A DNA stretch of 64,000 bases from Bacteroidales bacterium. Its GTDB lineage: Bacteria; Bacteroidota; Bacteroidia; Bacteroidales; UBA932. Both the position numbers and the translations under genes were made by a program. Under the pieces are notes generated by a model. The model saw only the letters and a program-made list of their open reading frames with translations. It was not told the origin of the DNA and did no database searches. Position 1 is the stretch's first letter, and each line of letters starts with the position of its first letter. The stretch spans positions 42,719-106,718 of the forward strand of contig JAFZOU010000011.1 in assembly GCA_017550525.1 (NCBI GenBank), in the 5' to 3' direction. This document shows positions 34,938 through 45,297 of this stretch, in pieces.

Positions 34938-36014
34938 ATGATCTACATCCACGTCCCTTTCTGCAAGAGCTTTTGCACTTACTGCGATTTCTTCCGTGAA
35001 ATTCCGCAGGAAGGAGCCTTTGACACATACACAAAGCTGGTGTGTGAGGAAATAAAAAGCCGCAGCAAGGAGATGGATAATACCCTTCACACTTTGTATT
35101 TTGGCGGCGGAACGCCATCCGTGCTTCCGCTGTCAAATCTTACAAAGATCCTCCTTGCCCTTGAGGAATGCGGGCACGGCGGCCCCTACACGGAGTTCAC
35201 CATGGAAGTGAACCCTGAGGACATTGTGGAGAAGGGTCTCCCCTACCTCCAGAGCCTCAGGATGCTCGGGTGCAACCGCATAAGTATCGGCCTGCAGTCC
35301 CTGGACAATGACCTTCTCAGGTGGATGAACCGCCGGCACAATGCAGAACACGCAGTGAAGGCCGTCCGGATGGCAAAGGAAGCGGGGTTTGAGAACATCA
35401 GCGTAGACCTTATCTTCGGGCTTTCAAACCTCACGGATGAATGTTGGGAGCGAACCATAGACGACACCCTTGAACTCAGGCCGGAGCACATCTCCTGCTA
35501 CCAGCTCACCGTAGAAGGGGACAGCGTCCTGGCTCACAGGCTGGAGGCCGGGGAGTATGAGGAGGCATCGGACGACCAATGCGCCAGGCAGTACAATCTC
35601 CTCTGCCACAAACTTCACGCGGCGGGGTACAACCACTATGAGATTTCCAACTTCGCAAAACCCGGGTTTGAAGCCAAGCACAACGGTGGCTACTGGCAGC
35701 GGAGACCGTATGTGGGGCTTGGTCCGTCGGCCCACTCCTTCAGCGGAAGGGGCCGTAGCTGGAACAGCAATGACATTTCCGGCTATACCCGCACGGAGGA
35801 ATCCCTCAGCGTTGAGGATGAGATAGTGGAAACCCTAATGCTGAGCCTCCGCACCACCCACGGCGCAGATGCAGAGTTTCTGGAGGCCAACTGCAAGGCG
35901 GCCGATATCCAGCGCCTCATAGGGGAAGGGGCCCTCACTAAGGTTGGCCGGCGCTACCGCATCCCTGAAAGCAGATTTTTTGTAAGTGACCAGATAATCA
36001 GGGAACTGATATGA
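34938..36014 (+). CDS. hemW: radical SAM heme chaperone HemW (HemN-like, oxygen-independent coproporphyrinogen oxidase family)
   Basis: The CxxxCxxC motif (HVPFCKSFCTYCDF) and the GGGTPS motif (YFGGGTPSVL) are present. I chose ATG 34938, which lies 1 nt after the upstream TAG. Confidence 0.85.
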   Translation: MIYIHVPFCKSFCTYCDFFREIPQEGAFDTYTKLVCEEIKSRSKEMDNTLHTLYFGGGTPSVLPLSNLTKILLALEECGHGGPYTEFTMEVNPEDIVEKGLPYLQSLRMLGCNRISIGLQSLDNDLLRWMNRRHNAEHAVKAVRMAKEAGFENISVDLIFGLSNLTDECWERTIDDTLELRPEHISCYQLTVEGDSVLAHRLEAGEYEEASDDQCARQYNLLCHKLHAAGYNHYEISNFAKPGFEAKHNGGYWQRRPYVGLGPSAHSFSGRGRSWNSNDISGYTRTEESLSVEDEIVETLMLSLRTTHGADAEFLEANCKAADIQRLIGEGALTKVGRRYRIPESRFFVSDQIIRELI

Positions 36015-36484
36015 CGTATTTAAGAAGAGCTGTAAAATATTTTATCCAGATAACCATCATCTTTGTTCTCATCATCGGGATCCTCATGCTCTCCGGCATG
36101 GTTTCCAAGGACGTTGCCGTGGCTTTCCGCAGTGGCTGGAAATCCATCTGGATGATCCTTGGGCTGTTTGCCGCAATGAGTCTGGCATATCCCTTCTTTG
36201 GTTATGGGAAGCGTAAGGTCCATGCAAACGGAGACCCGGCCCCCATGTGGGAAAAGATTGATGAAGCCATGGAAGCAAGGGGGTATGTCTTTTCCGGAAA
36301 CACGGAAAACGGTGGCCGGAAGTATCATCTGGCCAGTCCCGTGAACAGGGTCTCGCGCCTGTGGGAGGACACCCTCACCGTAGAATCAGTACTTGGCGGC
36401 TTTGAGATAGAGGGCCTGGTAAGGGACCTTTCAAGGGTTGTAATGACAATTGACCGTAAAATAAATGACTATGGAGACCGATAA
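36011..36484 (+). CDS. hypothetical membrane protein
   Basis: 157 aa with two predicted N-terminal TM helices. A 4-nt overlap with hemW suggests translational coupling. Confidence 0.5.
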   Translation: MTYLRRAVKYFIQITIIFVLIIGILMLSGMVSKDVAVAFRSGWKSIWMILGLFAAMSLAYPFFGYGKRKVHANGDPAPMWEKIDEAMEARGYVFSGNTENGGRKYHLASPVNRVSRLWEDTLTVESVLGGFEIEGLVRDLSRVVMTIDRKINDYGDR

Positions 36485-36698
36485 ACAAAGCTTCAAGACA
36501 GTGGCCACCTTCACGGACAAGGTCATGGCCGATATGTGCGTCGCAATGCTTGGGGACAACGGCATCCCTGCCGGAGTCTTCGGAGCAGACTCCTCATACC
36601 CGTCCCTCGGCTATTCCAGGCCGATAGAAGTAAAAGTAAACGAGTGTGACTACGAGGCCGCTATGAGCATTTTGGCAGCCTCGGACAAGGCGGAGTAG
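36465..36698 (+). CDS. DUF2007-domain protein (putative signal-transduction-like small protein)
   Basis: 77 aa. The pattern VATFTDKVMADMCVAMLGDNGIPAGV...VKVNECDYEAAMSIL fits DUF2007. Confidence 0.6.
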   Translation: MTMETDKQSFKTVATFTDKVMADMCVAMLGDNGIPAGVFGADSSYPSLGYSRPIEVKVNECDYEAAMSILAASDKAE

Positions 36699-37252
36699 AA
36701 CTCCTCCCCAAAGGCATCTGTAAGCGGCCCGCGAAGGAACTGGTATACCCTGATTCCTTCGCGGCGCCCTTTTTCATAGGCGTCCTTGCAGATATGCCAT
36801 CGGTGAAGGTTCAGGCCCACCCTTCCACCGCCAAGGTCCACCACACGGATGGGATAGAGTGAACAGGAGATGGGCTTACGGAAGGTCCCAAGGCCCTTGC
36901 AGAACTGGCGTTCGATGGCGCAGAAGCAGTTTCCATCGGCATCAAAATGACAATAGGCACATTCCTCGGAACCAGGTACAACAGGCGTTACAAGATCTCC
37001 GTCACGGTCTATTTCAAAGAAGCCCTTGGCATCTACCGCCGCCCGGCCTTTTTCCGTCATGAGCGGGGAGTAGATCTCATAGTTGGCCTCCAGCGGCTCC
37101 AGCTCCTCTTCCTTAAGGGGCGCCCCGCTGTCTCCAATGATGCAGCAGCAACCCTTGCACACAGGATAATCGCAGGCAAAAAACTCCAGAATGACATCCT
37201 CTGAAACAAGGACATCCCCTATCTCTATTATGGTACCAAAGGCGCTGCTCAT
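36650..37252 (-). CDS. DUF3109-family Cys-rich protein
   Basis: 200 aa. The N-terminus IIEIGDVLVSEDVILEFFACDYPVCKGCCC and further Cys clusters are typical of Bacteroidota DUF3109. Confidence 0.7.
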   Translation of the reverse strand: MSSAFGTIIEIGDVLVSEDVILEFFACDYPVCKGCCCIIGDSGAPLKEEELEPLEANYEIYSPLMTEKGRAAVDAKGFFEIDRDGDLVTPVVPGSEECAYCHFDADGNCFCAIERQFCKGLGTFRKPISCSLYPIRVVDLGGGRVGLNLHRWHICKDAYEKGRREGIRVYQFLRGPLTDAFGEEFYSALSEAAKMLIAAS

Positions 37253-39735
37253 TCAACAATGTATTCTACTGCTCCGCCGGACGCAATGGAAGCAAGGAAG
37301 CCTCGCACCTTATCCGGGGTAATTGCCTGTATGCTTTCTGCATACCTGGAGTTCATATCCTTATTGAGGGCATAACGCACCTGCTGGGCCATAGTGAAAC
37401 CTTCAGGAGTGGAAAGACGAGCCTTGACGCTCTCTGACAGGCCGTTTTTCCAGGCCTGGACATCGGCCTGGGAAGGAAGCCGTTTGCCTGCCTTCGAGAT
37501 GGCCGCCCTCACCGCCGTTATGGCCTTGTCAACATCGGGCTCGGCGACATCCGCGGGAAGTCCTTGGGCCGGTACCGGGAAGCAGGAAATCTCCATGTAG
37601 AAGCGCTCCTGAGGCTGGGTCATGGGGCCTACGGAAACATCGGCCGTAAATCCATATGGTGCAAGTTCCCATATCAGGGACTGCTTCATGGCTTCTGCCG
37701 CAACGGTTGAAAGATAGAAGTTGTCCGATGTCACCGCCATGGGGGCCTCCATCACAACATGGATGCCGCGGGGGCCTTTGTCCCCGCTTACGGTGACGGT
37801 ACCATTACGTTGCTTGAATTCCACCGGACGGCGCGGGGTGGTGCCTTTCAGGATGCCGAAACCTCCAAGATACCTCCCAAGAATGCGTTTTACCACACCG
37901 GTCTCAAGGTCTCCGGATATGATGAGTACACCGTCGTTGAAACGGGCAAAGCGGTCTGCGAAATAGGCATCGGCCTTGATCTGGGTCTGGGTTGTGAGTG
38001 CCCCGGGACGTTCAGAATAACGGAAACCGGGATGCAGCTGTGCATAGATCATATCCACCGGTGATGGCTCCCTAAGCTCCTGAGCGGCACTGTAGCGGAG
38101 GAACTCCTCCCTGTTCATCTCACGCTCATTGCATATTGCAAGGAGGGCTTTCATGAGGAAAGCCAGCTTTCCGGACGGTGCGCTACCGCTGACAATAAGG
38201 CTGTTAAGATGGACATCGGCCTTCATTGAAAGACCGTTTACTTCAAGCATATCCCTGAAAACAGGCGCAGGTATACCTCCTACGTCGTAAAGCTCCAGCA
38301 TAGGGCCGATATGCCCGCCTTCACCTTCCTGAAGATCCGGGATCTGGGAAAGACCGCCGCCAAGCACCAGGGAATAATTGAACATCCTGGAGCCCTTTAT
38401 CTCTTTGTAGATGACTTTGATGCCGTTTGAGAAAGTCCATACGGTGCCGCCTGAAACGGGCTCCGGTTTCTCTTTCTGGATGCGCACCCTGGAAGGGGTG
38501 AAATCTATGCCGGCAGAATCCGCGCCATGCCAGGTATAATCCTCCTCATAAGGCACAGCAAGGCCGTTTTTGTAGTGGGCTTTATATACCATCAGGGCTT
38601 CGGCGGGGTCAAGAGTATCCCTTGCTGAAAGCTCCAGGGTAAGGTTGTCCTCCCCCGCCAGAAGGGCCGATGCAAACTTATTGAAAAGTCTTGTCTCAGT
38701 CTCTTCAGGAACATTTTTGCGAGCAAAGAGGCGTACGCGCTCACTTGCCGGGGCAAGGTTGGCCCCAAATAGGAAATTGGCTATGCAGGAGGCTATCTTG
38801 TCTTCCACTGCAGCCGCCTCCTTCAGGAGCACGGGCCTCAGAACCTCCTTGGCATCCGTGAATTCCTTTACGCTCACGCCTGTGGAATCCATTGATGCAA
38901 TAGTGCGCGCCATAACCCTCAGGGCACTGAATTCCTGGCCGTGGGCTATACTTGCTGTCACAGTGTATCTCTCATCCCCTCTGTAATCACAACTTCTAAG
39001 GGAATCAAATGTTATGGAACTGCAGGTAACTCCTTCGCGGGCAAAATCCTTCTCCAGACGATTCTTCAGAAGTACCATGAATTCCAGGCCGAAGATATCT
39101 GTGACAAGGGCCTGGGCAGTATTCATGAAAATGTCAGGAATGCGGTTTCCGGCATATGTGACGGCTATGGATCCGGGGCCGATCTTAAAATCAAGCGCCA
39201 CCGGTTGGTTTGGATTCCAATTATAAGCCGGCTCCGGCTGCGGGGCATTTAATTTCTGGACAAGAAGGGAGAAAAGGTCCATCTTCTTCTTCAGCTCCGC
39301 GGCCGGCTCCACGTCTCCGGAAACGATGATGGCCTGCGGGGCGCTGCTCTCCGCCATCTTGTAGAAGGTATAAAGCAGCATTGAGTCAAGGATTTCCTTT
39401 TTATAGAACGGGACATCCCTGAAAGTATATACGGTGGAGCCCTCCTTTTCTGTCAGAAAACCTTCTCTGGACGGCCCTACACCCATCCTGGCAAGAAATG
39501 CCGATGACAGCCCGGAGCGTTTTTCCGCCGTGAGGGAATCACCTTTCTGGACCAGGGCTATCGAGGCGTATCCCTTCTTGACTGGGGCCTTTACTATATA
39601 ATATGAGGCATCACAGCCAAGTTTTCCCATCTCTATGGACGGATCTACCTGGAGCGGCGGGAGCTGCTGGGCTGGCACAGTTATTGCGAAACAAAGCCCG
39701 GCAAGTACCGTAAATATGCTTTTGCGTATATTCAC
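37249..39735 (-). CDS. hypothetical secreted 828-aa protein (possibly M16/insulinase-like fold; no HxxEH motif seen)
   Basis: It has the signal peptide MNIRKSIFTVLAGLCFAITVPAQQ. The size and two-lobed composition are reminiscent of pitrilysin-like proteins, but I found no zinc-binding motif. Confidence 0.45.
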   Translation of the reverse strand: MNIRKSIFTVLAGLCFAITVPAQQLPPLQVDPSIEMGKLGCDASYYIVKAPVKKGYASIALVQKGDSLTAEKRSGLSSAFLARMGVGPSREGFLTEKEGSTVYTFRDVPFYKKEILDSMLLYTFYKMAESSAPQAIIVSGDVEPAAELKKKMDLFSLLVQKLNAPQPEPAYNWNPNQPVALDFKIGPGSIAVTYAGNRIPDIFMNTAQALVTDIFGLEFMVLLKNRLEKDFAREGVTCSSITFDSLRSCDYRGDERYTVTASIAHGQEFSALRVMARTIASMDSTGVSVKEFTDAKEVLRPVLLKEAAAVEDKIASCIANFLFGANLAPASERVRLFARKNVPEETETRLFNKFASALLAGEDNLTLELSARDTLDPAEALMVYKAHYKNGLAVPYEEDYTWHGADSAGIDFTPSRVRIQKEKPEPVSGGTVWTFSNGIKVIYKEIKGSRMFNYSLVLGGGLSQIPDLQEGEGGHIGPMLELYDVGGIPAPVFRDMLEVNGLSMKADVHLNSLIVSGSAPSGKLAFLMKALLAICNEREMNREEFLRYSAAQELREPSPVDMIYAQLHPGFRYSERPGALTTQTQIKADAYFADRFARFNDGVLIISGDLETGVVKRILGRYLGGFGILKGTTPRRPVEFKQRNGTVTVSGDKGPRGIHVVMEAPMAVTSDNFYLSTVAAEAMKQSLIWELAPYGFTADVSVGPMTQPQERFYMEISCFPVPAQGLPADVAEPDVDKAITAVRAAISKAGKRLPSQADVQAWKNGLSESVKARLSTPEGFTMAQQVRYALNKDMNSRYAESIQAITPDKVRGFLASIASGGAVEYIVE

Positions 39736-39809
39736 GCTGCAAAGTTAAGATTAAAATTGCTATATTTGCAACTTGCACGCCAAGAGAAAACAAATTAAAC
39801 AGTAATGAT

Positions 39810-40742
39810 ATGAAAAAGTTTTTAGTAGTGTTCGCAGCTTTGAGCCTCGCTTTCAGCGCCATGGCTCAGGACTTTAATGAAGCGGTTGAGACTTTTAACC
39901 AGGCCGCTCAGGCAGAGACCAAGGCAGAGGCCCTCAAACTTTTCAAGCAGGCTTACACCCAGTTCGTAGCTTGCGGTGAAGAGGCTGAAGCTCAGGAAAA
40001 GGTAGATGAACTGAAGGACATCATCCCCGCTTATTCCGTAGCGGTTGCCAAGGAGAGCATTGCCTCCAAGGATTATGAGGCTGCCATCGTGGCCCTTGAG
40101 GCCGCCGCAGCAGACTGCGCAGAGTTCGGTGCAGAGGAGAAGGCCGCAGAAGTAAATGATCTCTTCGGTCTCACCTATAAGGCATCGGCCAAGAAGGCCC
40201 TTGCCGCAAAGGATGCAGCCACCGCTTTTGCCAACCTCAAAAAGAGCGTAGAGTTTACCCCTCAGGATGGAGAGGCTCAGTTCCTCCTTGGCCGTATCCT
40301 CCTCAGCTCCGGCAAAATCGATGAGGCAAAGGCCGCATTCGAGATTGCTTCCGCCAACGGTAAAGAGGCCGATGTAAAGAAGCAGCTTTTCAACTACTAC
40401 TATAACAATGGTCAGAAGGCCCAGCAGGCCAAGAAGTATGCCGAGGCAGTAGAGGACTACAAGGCAGCCCTTGAAATCAATCCGGAACCTGAGAAGGCAG
40501 CCATCTTCTTCAAGATGGGTATCAGCTACGGTGCACTTGGCAAGAAGGCAGAACAGAACGAGGCCCTCAAGAAGTACTGCGCCCTTGACGCAGCTGCCGC
40601 CGCCAACGACGACATCCTCCTCACCATCGCCCAGAACGCCGTGGCCCTGAAGGACGCCGAAACCGCCAAGGAATTCTATGGCAAGCTTGCTTCCAGCAAG
40701 AACGAAGCCTACGCCAAAGAGGCCAAGAACTACCTGAAATAG
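39810..40742 (+). CDS. secreted TPR-repeat protein
   Basis: It has the signal peptide MKKFLVVFAALSLAFSAMAQ, followed by Ala/Lys/Glu-rich TPR-like helical repeats. Confidence 0.65.
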   Translation: MKKFLVVFAALSLAFSAMAQDFNEAVETFNQAAQAETKAEALKLFKQAYTQFVACGEEAEAQEKVDELKDIIPAYSVAVAKESIASKDYEAAIVALEAAAADCAEFGAEEKAAEVNDLFGLTYKASAKKALAAKDAATAFANLKKSVEFTPQDGEAQFLLGRILLSSGKIDEAKAAFEIASANGKEADVKKQLFNYYYNNGQKAQQAKKYAEAVEDYKAALEINPEPEKAAIFFKMGISYGALGKKAEQNEALKKYCALDAAAAANDDILLTIAQNAVALKDAETAKEFYGKLASSKNEAYAKEAKNYLK

Positions 40743-40750
40743 GTAGTCTT

Positions 40751-41212
40751 ATGCTCCGCCCTGCAAATCCAAAAGACCTCCCCGCCGTTAACCGGCTTCT
40801 AGGGGAGGTCCTTTGTGTACATAACGGTATCCGTCCGGACCTTTTCCGGCCGGAGGGCAAAAAGTATACGGATGCTGAACTTCTTAAACTTTTCTCCGAC
40901 CCGGACACCCCCGTATACGTATATGAGAAGGACGGAGAGGTTCTGGGATATGTCTTCTTGGAGATCCAGCATCATGACAGCGGAAGCCTGCAGGCACTTT
41001 CCTCCTTGTACATAGACGACCTTTGTGTGGACAGCGCCCACCGTGGTGAAGGAATCGGCAGGATCTTATATGAAAGAGCCCTGGAAATTGCCAGGGAAAG
41101 AGGCTGCCACAACGTGACCCTCCACGTCTGGGAAGGAAATGATGAGGCCCGGGCTTTCTATGAACATCTTGGGATGAAGCCTCAGTTCACATCAATGGAA
41201 ACAATATTATGA
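40751..41212 (+). CDS. GNAT-family N-acetyltransferase
   Basis: The acetyl-CoA binding motif VDSAHRGEGIGRILYERALEIARERG is present, with a C-terminal A..FYE..GM. Confidence 0.85.
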   Translation: MLRPANPKDLPAVNRLLGEVLCVHNGIRPDLFRPEGKKYTDAELLKLFSDPDTPVYVYEKDGEVLGYVFLEIQHHDSGSLQALSSLYIDDLCVDSAHRGEGIGRILYERALEIARERGCHNVTLHVWEGNDEARAFYEHLGMKPQFTSMETIL

Positions 41213-42330
41213 AAAAGACCGTTCTTGCACTCATCGGCCTTACAGCCGCAATGACCATTCATGCACAAGAATACAGGCTCCTTGTGGGAACCTACACGGA
41301 AAAATCTTCCGCCGAAGGTGTGTACCTCTATTCGTTTGATTCAAAACATGCCGACGCCACCCTTCTTGACATGGCCCCAAGCGGCAATCCGTCGTTTGTC
41401 ATCACTAACCCGGAACAGACCAGGGTGTACTGCGTGAACGAGTTCAACGACGGACGTCAGGGGGTGAGTTCCTTTATCCTTGAGGGAAATACCCTGAAAG
41501 GCCTTGACAGCGCCGTTATTCCAAAGGACCAGGTAGACGGAGAAGACCCCTGCAACCTCCTGTATACCGGAGAAACAATTATAAGTTCCAACTACACCGG
41601 CGGATCCGTTACGGCCTTCGCCCTCAATGAAGACGGCGGCTTCATAGGAATGTCTCAGTACTTCTCCTGCAACGCCGAGTATACGCAGGTCATAACCGGA
41701 CTCTCTTTAGGGGAAACCCCGGCCCATATGCATTGCGCGGTAACTTCTCCGGACGGCAAGTATATTTTTGTGACAAACCTTGGGATGGACTGCATACACC
41801 GTTTTGTCCGCACGGAAGGCATACATCCCCTTGGGAATTCAACCGTTGCGTGGAAAAATGGAGGCCCACTGGTCAAGTTCGGCCCCAGGCATATGGTTTT
41901 CAGCCAGGACGGCAAGTACGCCTACCTTCTCTGCGAACTGGGAGACAAACTGGTGGTTTTTGAGTATGACAACGGAGAACTTGCTCCCATCCAGACTCTC
42001 ACCGCCTACAAGGGCAAGGGACACGGAAGTGCCGATATCCACATCTCCCCGGACGGCCGTTTCCTCTATACCAGCCACAGGCTGAAGGAAGACGGTATTG
42101 CCATCTTCTCAATCAACCAGGCCACTGGGAAAGTGAAAAAAGCAGGTTATCAGCCCACCGGGCGCCACCCAAGGAATTTTGCCATCACCCCTGACGGGAA
42201 CTGGCTCCTGTGTGCCTGCAGGGACGATAACCGAATAGAAATCTATTCAATAGATAAAAAAACCGGAACACTCACTTCTTCTGGCAAGGCCATTGAAGTG
42301 GGTGCTCCGGTGTGCGTACAGATTCTTTAG
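41209..42330 (+). CDS. lactonase, 7-bladed beta-propeller family (6-phosphogluconolactonase-like)
   Basis: 373 aa with a signal peptide. The N-terminus LLVGTYTE....GVYLYSF and repeated propeller blades (HISPDGRFLYTSHR, AITPDGNWLLCACRDDN) are present. Confidence 0.8.
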   Translation: MKKTVLALIGLTAAMTIHAQEYRLLVGTYTEKSSAEGVYLYSFDSKHADATLLDMAPSGNPSFVITNPEQTRVYCVNEFNDGRQGVSSFILEGNTLKGLDSAVIPKDQVDGEDPCNLLYTGETIISSNYTGGSVTAFALNEDGGFIGMSQYFSCNAEYTQVITGLSLGETPAHMHCAVTSPDGKYIFVTNLGMDCIHRFVRTEGIHPLGNSTVAWKNGGPLVKFGPRHMVFSQDGKYAYLLCELGDKLVVFEYDNGELAPIQTLTAYKGKGHGSADIHISPDGRFLYTSHRLKEDGIAIFSINQATGKVKKAGYQPTGRHPRNFAITPDGNWLLCACRDDNRIEIYSIDKKTGTLTSSGKAIEVGAPVCVQIL

Positions 42331-42821
42331 TCCCTGCCGGAGTAGGAGGTGGACTTGAAGTCCTTGACCCACACCTGACGCTCAATGGGCTCATCCAGGG
42401 AAATCATGGTATCCGTGGACTGGATGTAGGGGATCTTCTGAATGGTGTTCAGAAGGACCTCCATAAGGTGATCATTGTCCAGGCAGTAGAGCTTTGCAAG
42501 GATGGCAAAACGGCCGGTAATGAAATGGCACTCCACAATTTCCGGAATTTTCTTAAGATTTGAAATCACCTCCGGATATTTGGTGGATTCACTGAGGGAT
42601 ATGCTTACAAATGCGCAGATATTGAGACCCAGGGCCTGGGGCTTGACCAGAAGGCGTGAGCCGGTAATTACACCATTTGCTTCCAACCTCTTGACTCTCT
42701 GGTGAATAGCCGCACCGGAGACGCCGCATTCACGGGCAATCTCAAGGAAAGGCATACGGGCATTCTTTACCAGGAAGGAAAGTATTTTCTGGTCTATCTC
42801 ATCAATGTGATACTTGGCCAT
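42327..42821 (-). CDS. Lrp/AsnC-family transcriptional regulator
   Basis: It has an N-terminal HTH (IDQKILSFLVKNARMPFLEIARECGVSGAAIHQRVKRLE) and a C-terminal RAM/AsnC domain. Confidence 0.9.
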   Translation of the reverse strand: MAKYHIDEIDQKILSFLVKNARMPFLEIARECGVSGAAIHQRVKRLEANGVITGSRLLVKPQALGLNICAFVSISLSESTKYPEVISNLKKIPEIVECHFITGRFAILAKLYCLDNDHLMEVLLNTIQKIPYIQSTDTMISLDEPIERQVWVKDFKSTSYSGRD

Positions 42822-42860
42822 AACTTACACTTTTTAACTAACTGAGGGCAAATATACAAA

Positions 42861-45170
42861 TTATTTTGCTTTTTTACCTCCCCTCACAAACTTTTTTGTT
42901 GGAGGGGCACTGGCTATAATTGCCTGACAGTCAGCAAGCGTAAGAGAAGCGGCATCTTTTCCGCGGGGAATCTTATAATTTGAATCTCCCTGTTTTATGT
43001 ACGGGCCGTAACGTCCGTTGATGACTTTGACGTCACCAAAATCGGCCAGAATCTCCTGGGCGGGTTTCTCTGCGGGAGTTTCATTGATGAGGGCCTCGCA
43101 CTCCTCCAAGGTTATTGTGAGGGGGTCTTTGCCGCGGGGCAGCTTAACATTTCTCACTCCGTACTTGAGATAGGGGCCGAACTTGCCGCGTGTGGCAATG
43201 ACATCAAGGCCGGAGATCTTTCCTACGGTGCGGGGAAGTTCCAGAAGTCTCAGGGCATCGGAGAGAGTAATGGTCTCTATGAGCTGGTCTTTCCCAAGGG
43301 ACGCACTCTGACGATTCTCTCCGTCTCCCTTCTGGACATAAGCGCCGAATTTTCCAAAGGTTGCAGTGACAACCTGGCCGTCTGGCGCAATGCCAAGCTC
43401 GCGCGTTACGCGGCTGTAGCCTTTCTCCTGCAGAACCTTCTCCACATTATTGTGGAAAGGACGATAGAATGCGCCAATTGTGGAGCTCCAGTCCTTCTTT
43501 CCATCGGCAATCTTATCGAAGTCTTCCTCCACGTTGGCGGTGAAGTCATAGTCCAGGACATCGGCAAAATTATCCACAAGGAAATCCGTCACAATAAGGC
43601 CGATTTCCTGAGGCAGGAGTTTACCTTTTTCTGCGCCCACAACCTCTTTCTTGGTTGTTTCCTTGATGGTAGTACCCCTGAGCGTAAGGTTCTTCACCTC
43701 ATATGCGGTTCCGGGCTTGTCTCCCTTGACGGCATATCCGCGGCCACGTGTAAGGGTATCAACGGTTGCGGCATAAGTTGACGGGCGGCCGATTCCAAGT
43801 TCCTCCAGCTTCTTCACCAGCGTTACCTCCGAGTAGCGCGGCGGCGGAGCGGTGAACTTTGAGAGGGCATAGATGCCATGCTCCGTCAGGGCATCACCCT
43901 CGCTCAGGGACGGGAGCATGACCTCTACATCTACGGGGACTTCGTCGTCCCTGCCTTCCATATATACCTTCATGAATCCGTCAAAGAGAAGCTCCGCGCT
44001 CTGAAGGCCATATAGCTCAGGCCTGCGGTCCTGCTCTATGGTGATGGAAGTGTTCAGGACTTTGCTTGCCGCCATCTGGGAGGCGATAGTGCGCTTCCAG
44101 ATAAGTTCATAAAGCGCTTTCTCCTGAGGAGTTCCATCTATCCAGGCCGATCCGATATAGGTGGGACGGATAGCCTCATGGGCTTCCTGGGCTCCCTTTG
44201 ACTTGGTTTGGTACTGGCGGGTATTGAGATACTCCGGGCCATAGCAGTCAAGGATATATTTCTTTGCGGCGCCAAGGGCCAGGGATGAGAGGTTGGTGGA
44301 ATCAGTTCTCATATAGGTAATGAGACCTCTCTCATACAGGGCCTGAGCTATGCGCATTGTGGTAGCCACGGGGAAACGGAGTTTCCGGCCGGCCTCCTGC
44401 TGAAGGGTGGAGGTGGTGAAAGGCGGAGCGGGATAGCGTTCACCTTCCTTCTTATCTATGGAAGCAATCCTGTAATTTGCGCCGATACTCTGCTCCAGGA
44501 AAGCCCTGGCCTCAGACTCGGACGCAAATTTGGTGTCAAGTGTAGCCTTGAGGCCGATCTTTGAACCCACGGGGCGGAATTCCGCCTCTATCCTGTAGAA
44601 GGGTTCCGGCTTGAAGGCCATAATCTCCTTCTCACGGTCTACAATAAGGCGGAGGGCAACGCTCTGCACACGGCCGGCCGACAGCTTTGGCTGAATCTTC
44701 TTCCAGAGAATGGGAGAGAGTTCAAATCCCACCAGGCGGTCCAGGACACGGCGTGCCTGCTGGGCATCTACAAGGTGCATGTCTATGTCACGCGGGTGCT
44801 CAATGGCCTCAAGGATGGCCGGCTTTGTGATCTCATGGAAAACGATGCGGCGGGTCTTGGCCTTGGGGAGTTCCAGAGTCTGGGTAAGGTGCCAGGAAAT
44901 AGCCTCTCCCTCGCGGTCTTCATCGGAAGCAAGCCAGATAGTGGAAGCGGCATCGGCAAGCTTGCGAAGATCTGCGACAACCTTCTTTTTATCGGCCGGG
45001 ATGACATACTCCGGCTTGAAGCCGTTCTGAACGTCTACGCCAAGCTTATGTTCTTCCAGGTCCCTGACATGGCCGATTGACGCCTTTACCAGGAAATCCG
45101 TTCCCAGATACTTCTGGATGGTCTTCACCTTTCCGGGAGACTCTACGATGACTAGATTTTTGCCGCTCAT
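42861..45170 (-). CDS. topA: DNA topoisomerase I (type IA)
   Basis: The TOPRIM N-terminus LVIVESPGKVKTIQKYLG, the active-site region GLITYMRTDST and C-terminal repeats (GKFGPYLKYG, GRYGPYIKQG) are present. I prefer ATG 45170. Confidence 0.95.
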   Translation of the reverse strand: MSGKNLVIVESPGKVKTIQKYLGTDFLVKASIGHVRDLEEHKLGVDVQNGFKPEYVIPADKKKVVADLRKLADAASTIWLASDEDREGEAISWHLTQTLELPKAKTRRIVFHEITKPAILEAIEHPRDIDMHLVDAQQARRVLDRLVGFELSPILWKKIQPKLSAGRVQSVALRLIVDREKEIMAFKPEPFYRIEAEFRPVGSKIGLKATLDTKFASESEARAFLEQSIGANYRIASIDKKEGERYPAPPFTTSTLQQEAGRKLRFPVATTMRIAQALYERGLITYMRTDSTNLSSLALGAAKKYILDCYGPEYLNTRQYQTKSKGAQEAHEAIRPTYIGSAWIDGTPQEKALYELIWKRTIASQMAASKVLNTSITIEQDRRPELYGLQSAELLFDGFMKVYMEGRDDEVPVDVEVMLPSLSEGDALTEHGIYALSKFTAPPPRYSEVTLVKKLEELGIGRPSTYAATVDTLTRGRGYAVKGDKPGTAYEVKNLTLRGTTIKETTKKEVVGAEKGKLLPQEIGLIVTDFLVDNFADVLDYDFTANVEEDFDKIADGKKDWSSTIGAFYRPFHNNVEKVLQEKGYSRVTRELGIAPDGQVVTATFGKFGAYVQKGDGENRQSASLGKDQLIETITLSDALRLLELPRTVGKISGLDVIATRGKFGPYLKYGVRNVKLPRGKDPLTITLEECEALINETPAEKPAQEILADFGDVKVINGRYGPYIKQGDSNYKIPRGKDAASLTLADCQAIIASAPPTKKFVRGGKKAK

Positions 45171-45297
45171 ATCCTTCAAATTTTTATGCAAAGTAAAGCA
45201 CAATCTGGGCAATTTTCCAAATTTTCTGATTAATTTTGTAAATCCTTATTTAGGCAAGACCTAAGGTCTTGTGCGGGAGAAATTTTTTTGCTTGAAT

